A program made the position numbers and the translations under genes. The notes beneath the pieces were generated by a model. The model was not told the DNA's origin. It searched no databases and saw only the letters and a list, made by a program, of their open reading frames with translations. From NCBI GenBank assembly GCA_029931905.1, contig JAOZRH010000001.1:19031-83030 (forward strand): a stretch of DNA of 64,000 nt. The letters run 5' to 3'. The stretch is from Fidelibacterota bacterium (GTDB taxonomy: Bacteria > Fidelibacterota > Fidelibacteria > Fidelibacterales > Fidelibacteraceae). This document shows positions 10,352 through 22,493 of this stretch, piece after piece. Within the stretch, counting starts at the first letter, position 1. Each line of letters begins with the position of its first letter.

Positions 10352-10774
10352 ATGGATTATGGACAGTTAAAAGATATTGTTAGTGTTAAGAGTTTTAATA
10401 TTATTTAGAATTTGATCAATCGACCAAGATTAGAATTATATACAACTAATTTTACTAATTTAGATGATTCTATAAATGTAGATGACCCATATGATAATGA
10501 TGTGGTTGACATGACCAGTATCACACAGGATGAACTAACATTTATAAAAGAAGTGGATTGCATTTATACATATGACAAGGAAGTTATCACAAGCAATGAT
10601 GATAGTTTGGGGTCTATATATTCATTAATGATTTATATGAGATCTGATGATGTTCCATCTTATATTTTGAATAGTAAGAATTCTATTATAGTCAGGTTTT
10701 CGGGTATTGATTATAAAGCAACAAACTTTCAAAATGCATATGACATTATTGTTCAAGCAACCTTAAAAAGATAA
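10352..10774 (+). CDS. hypothetical protein, 140 aa, 1 in-frame TAG
   Basis: ATG at 10352, in frame with track ORF 10412..10774. TAA stop. Confidence 0.7.
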
Positions 10775-11749
10775 TGACATATTACAAATACTTTTATTTT
10801 TCATGATATGAATATGGTTGTATAGGTGCATATATCTATTTTTAAAGGCATGTGCTTCCCTATACCCAATTTTTTGTTTAATGAAGTCTATTAATTCAAG
10901 ATAGTTTGTTGTATATCTCAATTTTTCAATAAAGTCATTAGATAGATTAGTGTGTTTATTAGATTTAATGAATCTATGCATTAATTTCCATGATTTTAAA
11001 TATACATTGCTACAAGGGAAAGTCTTTTCTTTATCAAATCCAAACACGATCATATCATTATATATAAATGTATTAATCTAAGCAAAGTCAACATTACCGA
11101 TCAAAAATTCAAATGCAACTTTGTCATGCCATAGTGGATCAGTCTGAGATACCACCGATAATAGGTGTGATACATCTTTATGATAATGACCACAAATTGA
11201 AGTTGGATACATATATTGTAAATCTTTTGAAATATATGTAAGTTCATTGTTTACATTTCTAATTGTTCCATGTGCTAAGTGTGATAATCCTAATAATTTA
11301 GCAACAGCAAGTGCAGCCATTTCACGATATGCACTAAATCCTTTTAATCCAACATTCTAATTTAAATTCCCTGATAATAATTGATTAAACCGTTGATTAT
11401 ATTCAGCAATAGTAAGAAATTTGTTATTTTTATTTAATCCCAAATACTCATGTCCAAATCCTATTCTCTTATGTCTTGTAATTAGACCATCTGATTTTAT
11501 TGGTTTTGAATATGCTGTGACTATTTCATCAGTAGTTGGTGATATTAATTTTATTTTAAAACAGTTTGATCTATATGTTATTTTATCTGGTTTATTAGAC
11601 AATCTTCTGATCATATTTGATGTAGAATTTTCATAAAAATTAGGATCAATATCCTATGTACTTAGAATTGGATCAAGAGTTTTCCATATAAATGATTTAT
11701 CTGGATCAATATTAATACTTTCCATATAAGAGTGATCAATTATTTTCAT
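10763..11749 (-). CDS. hypothetical protein, 328 aa, 3 in-frame TAG; weak PI3/4-kinase- or HipA-like motifs
   Basis: Track ORFs 11357..11614, 11078..11320 and 10763..11053 share one frame and are joined by TAG. The upstream in-frame ATG at 11749 overlaps the end of the previous gene. Motifs SAYREMAALAVAKLLGL and FLIGNVDFA(TAG)IN are present. TAA stop. Confidence 0.7.
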
Positions 11750-11945
11750 GTTCAGCAAGTTCTTTTAATTCTTTTGTAAATAATTTTCTACATTTTACTC
11801 TTTTATTTACAATATTACATATTTCAAACCCAAGACATTCGTCTTTTAAATGTGGTTTACCATGAATACAGTGGTGATAGCAGTGTTCAACTTTTGTAGT
11901 ACAGTTACATACCACCATTTTATTATTAGATTTTGTGTGTGTCAT
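11736..11945 (-). CDS. small Cys/His-rich (probable zinc-binding) protein, 69 aa
   Basis: Track ORF with CNC...HCYHHCIHG...C...C...C pattern. TGA stop. AAAGGA lies upstream of the ATG. Confidence 0.6.
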   Translation of the reverse strand: MTHTKSNNKMVVCNCTTKVEHCYHHCIHGKPHLKDECLGFEICNIVNKRVKCRKLFTKELKELAEHENN

Positions 11946-12010
11946 ATAATTAATCCTTTATTTAATTTTGAAACACTATACCATATGATATGATATTAAT
12001 CAATATAAAA

Positions 12011-12040
12011 AAATGCTTTACTAATTTAAATAAAGCATTT
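12011..12040 (-). terminator. rho-independent-type hairpin after the 1282-aa gene
   Basis: Perfect 10-bp stem AAATGCTTTA/TAAAGCATTT with a 10-nt loop. It starts 2 nt past the TAA at 12042-12044 and is followed on the minus strand by a T-run. Confidence 0.6.
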
Positions 12041-12041
12041 C

Positions 12042-15000
12042 TTAAATGTATTTTGGTTTTCCAAGGTGATTAACCAAATTTTTATAATATTCAGCAAGTT
12101 TATTTTCAACTGATACTAATGGAGAATTAAAATCTACACCTAATCCATGTAAACTAATTTCTTTAATATAATTTCCATTATCAAAATCAAGTACAAGTGT
12201 ATTTGAAAACTCTGATATTCCATGTGGATAAAAATAAACGGGGATATCAAATGTCTGTGATGGCTATAAATTAATTGTCATATTTTCAAGTGATTGAAGT
12301 TCTACATCACCATTAGTATTAATATTCAATACAACTTTGTTAGTAGAATAATTTTTTACAGTAACTTCATCTGTTTTAAAATGATTAATCTGACAATAAC
12401 CAAAGTTTATATAGTCACTATTAAATGAGAAATATTCACGTTTAACGTCCGTTAGTTCGATTTTGACGATAATATCATATGTGAACATGCGTTTAGATTT
12501 TAAGTCTTGCATTTCGAATTTAAACATGTCTGTATAGACTGCTGTATTATTAGTAAGTTTTTTATTATTTAACTATATAGGAAGTTGAATGTTAGTATCA
12601 ACTTTAATTGGTAAATTTTGTCCTGCTAACGGAATCATAAAAGGTGAATCATTATCAAGTTTGGTTATACTGGTAATAATAAATGGGGTAAGACCTAAGT
12701 TTTTAATTTCAAATGTATCATATCTCATAGTCCTATCTTTTTTATCAATAGCAAGGAACCCAAAATCAACAACTGATTTACTAAACTAAGGAAGTGCATG
12801 ATCAGACATTGCATTACCCATAAGTTCTGCAATGATATGAGTATTTTGAGTTTTATATTGTTTTGTATAATCTGTATTACGGAGAACAAATGTTTCTAAC
12901 ATATCTTTAATTTTGATATCAACAAATCCAATTTTCTTACCAGTTGAAGTTGGTGTGAACATGGTTTCTACATAATTTATTGTATTAGGAAATAATATCA
13001 CATTATTTTCAACTAAGAATTCATTTTTGTCATACCCAAGTTTAATAACATCAATCAAACTCAAGTCTTCTCCAAAGTTTGTAAGTTTGATAAACTCTTT
13101 ATCAACAGAATTAAGTGGTGCAATAAATTCAATCCCACGTGCATTTTCCATAAGTACCATCACATCTTTTAATTTGGTATTTACAAAGATAACAACCGGT
13201 AAATATACTTCACCAAGATCTGTACTTAAAATAATAAATCCAGTACTTCTACCATATTCTCTTCCTTGAAAGTCAAAATCCATTTTAATAGGATTCTTAT
13301 TAGTAAGTTTATATGGTAATGTAATATTATTAATTTGTTCAGTCAACATATCGGTCATTCCTAATTGAGATGTTGGTAGATCAAATTTAATATCATTAAC
13401 AATAATGTCAATATCGGTTACATTTTTAATATTTAATGTTCTTGATTTTGGAACATTTATATTTAAAGATAAGAAGTATTTATTATTTCTTACATAAAAA
13501 TCAGATTCATCAAATTTAATAGCTTGTTCAGCATCAAGTGTGGTGCATATAATTTCATATGGCACATCAATAAATGGAATATTGGGAATATTTGTATACA
13601 ATCTAACCTTAAATTGATATAATCTTTCTTCCGTAAGATCGAGATCAAATGAAAACAGCGATCCTTTTTGTGATGATAATAAACTAAATGGAATTTTAGT
13701 TTTGTCAATTATAAATTCATTATCTGTAATATAAGTATCTTCATTATTATCATAGTTCATTAATTTGACATCAGTAATTGCACCATTGTTACCAAAATCC
13801 TTTCCTTTTATAATAGAGTTTGATGTTGTTTTAAATAATTTTAGGAATATAGTGGATCGCACCCTTGGTTTTACATATGTAATATCTTGTGATTTTTCAT
13901 ATGCAAGGGAAACTTGAGTATTTAATATTCTAAAACTGGTTTTTCCTGAATCAGTAAAAATGTATTTACCATCATTATATGTAATTTTAATAATAAATAC
14001 TTTACCAAGAACTTTATTTTCTGTTGGATTAAGTCTATTAACTTTCAATGTTAATATTATTGGATTAAGTCCATTAAGGTTGGTGTTTTCATTTTTTATA
14101 TTATCAATTTTAAATGATAAATAGTCTGTTATTTTACCTTTGTCATCATAATCAACTGGATCATACTCTTTATTACTATCAACATATTCACCATCTGGAA
14201 GAATTGCATATAAATATTTTAACGTATCTGCATGATGTCCCCCTAATAATACATTACATTTTAGAAGTGCATCCGCATCACCAGCAAACGCAGTTTCATA
14301 ATCATTGATATCAATAAATTCAACTTTATCAATTTTAGCATTGGTATTACCAGTATTATATAATACAAGGGAAAGATATTCAGTCTGACCAGTATGCCCA
14401 ATGTGAGTATTTAGTTTAGGCTAATTTGCCATATCTGCAATATCTTTTTTTTCTTGTTCACCACTTAAGTATATTCCTGAATCACTCTAATAGAAATCAT
14501 TTAATACCAATTTGGGATCAAGTGTTAAATTTGGATATATATTAATTGGCACTTCCCGTTGACCATCTACTTCATTATATGTAAAATCTACCATAATCGA
14601 ATTAGAATAATCTTCGGTTAGATTAATGGTATCAACGAATATATTGAATGGGTTTCTATCTAAATATTTTTCATCTTGTGGAATTATTTTACGTGATGGT
14701 ATGGCATCTGACGTAAGAGTAACATCATTATTTGCTGTATGTACATCTTCAGTTTTCTAAGAAACATCATTGATAATCATTTCTGTTTCTTCCTATGATC
14801 CTTCGCGAGCATAATTCTTAAATGGATACATAAATATTTTAACTTGTCCAGTATAATAATCAGATGGATGACTATGAATTTTCATTTTAGCAGGAGATGG
14901 CATTATCATATTTCTATTAAAACTTGGATCAAGTGTCATTTTAATGAACTCAGCAATTGCAGGTTCATCAGATACACCATTTTCATCAGATAGTGGCACA

Positions 15001-15890
15001 TTTGCAATGAAAGAAATATTAGTATACACTTTTAAATTTAATTTATAAGGTGTACGATGCTTTGGTGATAAATTTAATATAATTGACATACCAACAGGGA
15101 ATGTATATACTGGCAAATATAGTGGTGGTGCATTTGTAAATAATTCATGCTAATGTACTGATATCTTTGAAATTATTAAATTATAGATACTTCCACTTAT
15201 ACGAAGTTTGCACTATACATCATTTTCTTTTTGATCAATCTAAACTTTATAAGAACCATCAGAATTATCACATAAAGTAACAATGTCAGATGTAAATAAT
15301 TCAGGACAAACCATTGCACGTTTATATCCATATATCCCACATTCATCCGGTATGTCTTCTAATAATTCAGTTGCATGAATACCTTCACCATAGAATGCAA
15401 CTTCTTCAATTTCAAATTTTTCTAAATTAAATGTTTTGAGATATTTTTCAAGTTCAGTCCATTCATCAATACCTTTCATATTGAATTCTATATCAGTAAA
15501 TGTATTTGGATCAATATAACCACTTACTGTTCTACTATAGTTATCCAATTTTACCATAACAGGGCGTTTATTTAGATTATAATGCTATTTACTTAAATTA
15601 CCAAACTCACTATAATCATATGAATCAGTTTTAATAATTTGTTCAAATACAATATCACCATCAAATTTTGTTAAGTCATCATCTGGTTCAATGATAGTAA
15701 AGTATTCAGCATCTTGGAAAGGTTTTATTAATATTCCCAAATCATCATTAAAAGATGTATCATGAACAGCGAATTTATCATGAACAGATTCATTATCACC
15801 CGTCAATATTTGTTGTTCAAGATTATACAATTTGATTGGGTAATAATTGTGATTATAAATAGATGTGCGTAGTATCATATAATTTACCAT
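12042..15890 (-). CDS. giant hypothetical (virion-type) protein, 1282 aa, about 11 in-frame TAG
   Basis: Track ORFs 15585..15890, 15240..15557, 14793..15116, 12786..14048 and 12264..12527 are all in the same frame. I hand-translated every gap and found only TAG. ATG at 15890 with a TAA just upstream. TAA stop at 12042-12044. Confidence 0.85.
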
Positions 15891-15962
15891 GTCAATGTTA
15901 ATTTTATATAATTAATTACACAAATATACTACATTAAAATAAAAAATAATTGGTAAATAACT

Positions 15963-18900
15963 ATGCGTCTGACAAATATATATAAAAACATTATCACAAA
16001 CCTTGAAACGTACTTATTAAATTCTATAATAGAACCGATCAATGTTACTTTAAGAAATCTGTCTCCATCGCCATATAATTACTCAGATTCATCTTAGTAG
16101 AGAAAGTATGATGGAAAATACCAAGTGCAGATTGAAACAATGGACCATAGTCATATCATATATTGGTCACCTAAATATCAACAATATCAATATGTAGCAG
16201 TACGACCCATATATGAATCATTTGGAACACCAATTCCCACCGATCGTAGTATAACAAACCCCGAATATTCAATATTATTAAAAAACAATAGTAAATTATA
16301 TCAAGTGTGGAATCCTGAATAGCTGGATAAATATTATGATACCATATTCACTTATAATGAATTTGATTACGATAGAAAATTTGAGAATAGGAATTCGGAA
16401 TATCTTTAGAATTTCTTTGGTGATGAAATATTAGATCTTTTGATTATAGAGTCTAAAATTACTGTTACTGCAGAGAAATCTAATGAACATGATAGTATAA
16501 ATGAATATTTTGAATTATATTATAAGGAAACGATTAAAACTGGTATACCACAATACACACTTGATGACCCAGATACCATTAATAAAGGAATGGGTTCACT
16601 TACTCAAGTTGATTCATCTACATATTCTTATAACTTTGATACTACATATATAAAGATGCATTTAGGTGAAGTTAATATTTATAAATCATTATATAAAATT
16701 TATAACTATTTGACAGATCGGGATGAAGATTCTGTTGATATTGTATCTGTTAATAATGAATATAGTTTTCTATTTGCTTTGAATAGTGACAATCAATATA
16801 ATGCACTTCCTGCATTTTTTAATAATGGAGATTCAATTACACTAAATCCAGAAAATATTGAAGATGCTGAAACAATTCTTGGAACTGAATTATATAATCT
16901 ATTGATGTATGTTAATGAAATTGCTTTAGAAACTGGTTCACATAGATCATTGTCAGCAACCTCTGACGGAACAAATGTTTTAATAGATTTTAATTATGGC
17001 GAATATTTATATTAGGAAAAAATATTAACACATTTGGAATCATTTGCATTACGTTCAGTTGTATTAAGTAAAAAATATGATAATATTAATGAAATTTCTG
17101 AACCTGTAATATTTGATAGTTATGGCAATTGTCACATTAAAGTTGATACTAAATAGTTTATATTTAGGAATTCTACAAAACGTGATAACTCATTTTTTAA
17201 AATAAAAGAAAGGGATGTTGTTAAAATATTTGATTATAGATTTGAAAATAATCTTCCTACGTGGCATGAGGATTGGATTCCTGAGTATTTTGAAATTAAT
17301 CTTTCTGATGGAAATGGACCAGATGCAAAAGATGTTATATATTCAGTTACAGATTATGTGAGTGATACAACATCAATGATATCATTTGATTTAGACTATA
17401 AGCAGCATACAGATTTCATCGACTTTGTTCCAGTATATAGAAACATGTCATTATATAAAGATTTTTTAACATAGGAAGATTCTACAATTCATAATAGATT
17501 GGAATTGTTTAATTATGATTTACATTTTATTAACTTTAAAGTCAATGATAAAATATTTAATAATGTAATTATTGATGATTCGGAAAGATTTTCAATTTCT
17601 GGCATTGCAATTGATCTTGATAATTCTAAATCAAGTGCAATTGTAGAACTAATGGATAGTTCATTTTCTGGTGGTAAGGTATTAAGTACATTAAGAAGAT
17701 ATTCAAAAAATGACTCAATTAGATGTGAAGAATACCCATTACCACTATTATCAAATGAGATGAATAATTTCTTTAATATAAATTCTATTAATACATGTAA
17801 CACAATTCAAGTAGAAACACAATATACAAGCGAATTTGTTGATAATATGTGGCGTACTGGTTTTGATTTTATGACAGTTCGTAATGAATTAAGTGCAATG
17901 GTGGATGATACATCTACAACCATTGGTACATATGATAGAACAGTATATAACCTTTATAATAGAATGTTTGGTAATTTTGATTTAGCACAAATTAGAAATC
18001 AAAAGCACATGTATGTCATTTTCATGATTAAAGATAAGTATACTGGTAAAAAGGATTTCATGCAAGTTGATTTAATGAATGCGCCAGTACCAATTGCAAA
18101 TATATCTTCATTTACAAATGTTTTTAATGATAAAGAAAAAGAAATGTTTCTACATAGTAAAGAAAAATTCCAATATGAAACTAACAAACAACATAATGCA
18201 TTTTTTAGTAACTATGAAGAAGATCCATATACTGAGACAGTTTCATTTAAATCATCATTAATATCAGAATGTAATTATGATACAACCGACGTTATGCCAG
18301 TTTACATCACTGATATAAATATTAAAAATGGTAACTATTTAAATGGAAACATTGAAACCCTTTATATAAGAAATGCAAGAGCACTATCTGATGATATGAC
18401 CACAATAGTGAATCTTGATGCAACTATTGGTGCAATGGATTTCATTATTACTGATAGGGATATTGCAGTTGATCTTAGTACTATTTTTGGTACATATAAA
18501 GTTATGGATTATCTCGAAATTGAAGTTGTTTATAATAAATTCTATAAAGCATTTGATTATTTAGATACATTTTCATTACAATTCAATTTCAATCTTAAAA
18601 ATTTTCAAGTTACACAGCAATATGGAATTAATGCATCATTTGTTGCAGTTGGTGCAAATTCAATTAACTGGACCAGATTTAATATCAAACCACCTAAGAA
18701 TATAGAATGTCTGCCACAGGAAGTTTATAATGAATCAATGGCGCTGGAAGTTTTTGATATTGATGATTATGTTTGGGATTACGTACCAGATGATAAACGG
18801 TGTATATTATTAAATAACTTTGTTGGTAATAATTTTAATAATACATTGGATGTAACAGAATTTGATTCTACTACATTTGATACATCTGACCTTGCTATTA

Positions 18901-21900
18901 TTGATAGAATGAAATCTCCATATACTAAATATACTAATCAATATAAGAAATTGCCATTTTGGAAATCACATGATTCAGTTGGTAAATATGTAAGAGTTTA
19001 TGTAAATGCATACATTCCAAATGATTCTACTAATATATTTGAACAATTTGAGTTTTACAACCTATATAATCCATCATTAGTTGAATCAGAAGGAACTTTG
19101 ATGATGGAAGGGAAGATTTCGGATTATGAAGAAGGGATGGAATTTTCTGATATGCTTAAAATGTATAGAAATGAGCTTATATGGACGGTTTATCATAATG
19201 TGGTCAATACCATACAGACACCCTTTAAATTTGATATAACGTGTAAAATATACGCAAATAAGGCAGCATATGATTCTAATACAGATGCAACTATATTACC
19301 AGAGATAAATGATTTCTTTAATATCACCATATTTAATCGCGGGGATCATATCAAACAGAAACATGAATGGTATCCACGAATATTACAACATATGGAATAT
19401 TTTGAGATCAATCCTGAATATGATTGGCAAAGTCCGAAAGATTACATTTATAGAATTGAATATAATCTATTCTCTGATCATCAGGATATAAAGGTAAGTG
19501 AATTATTCTTTGATGTATTATTTATGACAGAAGATATGGCAGTTGGTATTCCAGTAGATTATACTAATGTAGATGATCAAATTAATGCAGTGGATGTTGA
19601 GTGGATAACTAATACAGAAGAAATATTACATTATTTTAATTGGTTAATTAGACACATATGTCCAAATTGCACAAATCTACATGTCACATTACGTGTTAAA
19701 ATAACACCAACGTTATTTGGATATAATATTGGGAATTTTACAATTGGTTCATATACATATGATGTAAAATTAGAAGAACGTATTCCATATATTTATTATA
19801 AAGAATCTGCTGATGCATTAATGATATTGGATAAGAAATCCGAATTTGATGTTGATAGAATTCAATTATCTCAAGAAATTAGAGAAAGTATGTGGACAGA
19901 TTTACATGGTGTATCACCAATGACAGGTGGTGATCCTGCATATACAGACCTTAATACATTTTGTGGTACGGTAAGTGTACCAAATAATACTAAGGCACAG
20001 TAGTTGATATTTAATTCATCAATTTATCCAAAGAAGATGCGGTTTACATTACAATCAAATAGTTCTAATAAAACTATACATAACACTGAACAAGAATTTG
20101 AGTTCCCACCATATGATTTTAGAGTTATTACACTTGAAGAATCTGTTATAACTACAGATTTTGTTAATGGATTTTCTGGTGGATTGGCTAATTATAAGGT
20201 TGAAGAAATTTCTGTACATTTGGATACCACAACAGAATTACCAAATGATATTCTACAATTAGCTATTCCTGCATATGATGAATCAATGTCACGTATCATG
20301 AGCTTTATGGATAAGTCTGCAAAATTAGTTGAATTTAAATATAAGAAAAATGAAGAAGTATCCATTATTCCACAACCAAAAAAGAATTCAGAAGTTATTA
20401 CAAATGGTATATAGATTAACCAATTTAAAAATGATATTACCGAATAGGAAAAATATGGTCAGTTATTAGATATTGATACACATTTTTATATTAATAGATC
20501 ATATGAAGTAATTTTGGATACAAAGGATCTGGAAAATTTCTTACCATATTTTGAATTATTTGAACCAGAATTACAATTGAGAATTCCTATATCAGAACCT
20601 AAATTTTTAATTGATGCATATATTGAAGATGGTAAATTAAATAAAAAAGATCACCCCAATTGGATAACTGTGACAGAAGATACAACTGGTATAAATGAAG
20701 ACTTTAATAATTACTATGATCTGGATAGACATTGGTTATATTTGGTTGGTAGACGAACAGATCTTAATAAATTTACATTTGAACTTACCGGATTTGTATA
20801 TTACCAAAATTCAGATTTCTTGGAAATATTGACAAAAGAATTTTATAAAGATGGACTTTAGAAATATTCAATGAGTTCTAAGAAAAATTTCATTAGACCA
20901 GAATTTGTAATCAATATGTTATTTGGAGCATATGGAATTGATTTAATAAACTATACAATAGATACATTTATTACTGGTGCACATGAAGAAATGTATGATT
21001 ATGATACATTTGTTTCTGGTTTAATAACAGAAGTTGGTGATAGATATAAAAATGTAACTGGGCAGAAAAATGCAGAACTTGATATAGTAATTGAATTTAA
21101 ATCAGAAACTATACTTGATAGAAATTTTACATTAAATCTTGTTGGAGAAGAAAAGTTAATATCATGGGAATCAGATCACGAATTGTACATGTCATCATTT
21201 GATAATTCCAATGAAGTATTGAGGGGAACATTTTCTACTCCACATATAACAACTGATCGCCAGATGATATTAAATGATGAATTTAAATTATTAAGATTTG
21301 TATTTTTTAAAAAAGAGATACCAAATAATAAACTTGTTTCTGCAATTACAACATTATCAGAAGAAAGTTATGAGTCACCATCAGATAATGTAAATGGTTA
21401 GGGTGATTGGACATTTGATGAAGTATATGATCTTATTAATAATACACAGGTAAGTACATTATTTAAAGCTGGTAATCGTATAACATTTAATACATTTATT
21501 TTAAGAAATAATTCAATCGCACAACCCAAAGTATATAATATTTCTGTTGATCATGATGGTTTAACTGATAATATTACATCTGCTTATATGGGAGATGTAG
21601 ATAGTGTAAATGACATTGGTTATATTGAACCCCGTGGTGATAAAGTAAAACTTTTAACTGCCAAAGTACCATTGCAGTTAGAAATGTCATCAATGGAATA
21701 GACTAAAATAAATTTAAAAATGGATAATCAGAGATTACGAATCACTAATAATATATATCCAGTTTATACAGAATTTAAACAACAGTTACTTGAATCACCA
21801 TTGAAAATATTAATTCATACTAAGAAATTTCAAATTATTCAAGATAGTAATTATAAACTATTATTTTCTATTCCAATTGAAATCTTTAAAGGTATTGAAG

Positions 21901-22490
21901 CATATATTTCAATTGATAAAATAAAAGTTGTAGATAATTACACATCATCGAATGATTTCAATGTAATATTTGGAACATTTAATGAACGTTATACAATTAG
22001 TGGATCGGGTGAACTTCAAATTAATAAAATTTTAAACAAATTTGAGGGTGGTCAGCGTATTAAATTAGAAGTTTTTAACATTGCGAATACAACAGGTGCA
22101 TATAATACTTCATTATTGATATACTATACATTGAATGGTACACAATATGTGGAAAGTACTGATATTGTTTATGATGTTGTATTACCGAAAGTATTAGATA
22201 ATGAATATTTATTAATTGACATTGATAGAATGGACTATTCACCACCAACATATAGTAAAAAAGTATAGGATATTATTAAACAGAAATGGGTATTAGAAGA
22301 AGCATATGTTAATAATACTATATTTCCTGAATATTATAATGTATATTTAGGAACACCCGGCTGTAATCTTAGTTTTCCAGACTATAATTGGCATCAAAGT
22401 GGTAATGTAGATGATTCACTATCACAATTAAATGATAGACCAACAGGAAATGGCTTAATTGCTAACCTTGAGGATTATGAGGATTTATAA
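15963..22490 (+). CDS. giant hypothetical (virion-type) protein, 2175 aa, about 14 in-frame TAG including a TAG-TAG pair
   Basis: Nine track ORFs (16125, 16440, 17499, 20004, 20514, 20871, 21720 and others) lie in one frame, separated only by TAG. ATG at 15963 preceded by ATTGGTAAATAAC. Ends with a double TAA TAA at 22488-22493. Confidence 0.85.
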
Positions 22491-22493
22491 TAA

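Noticed and set aside
13490-13708. Same-strand alternative-frame ORFs nested in large minus-strand genes (13490..13708, 36370..36591, 51205..51414, 54141..54338, 55114..55314, 58074..58277)
   Set aside because: They are short, lie fully inside longer frames that continue across TAG, and show no ribosome-binding box.
7430-20004. TTG/GTG start codons assigned by the track (e.g. 7430, 9977, 10412, 16125, 16440, 17499, 20004, 14048-, 15116-)
   Set aside because: Each is just the first permissible initiator after an in-frame TAG, and the frame is open upstream. They are artefacts of treating TAG as a stop, not real starts.
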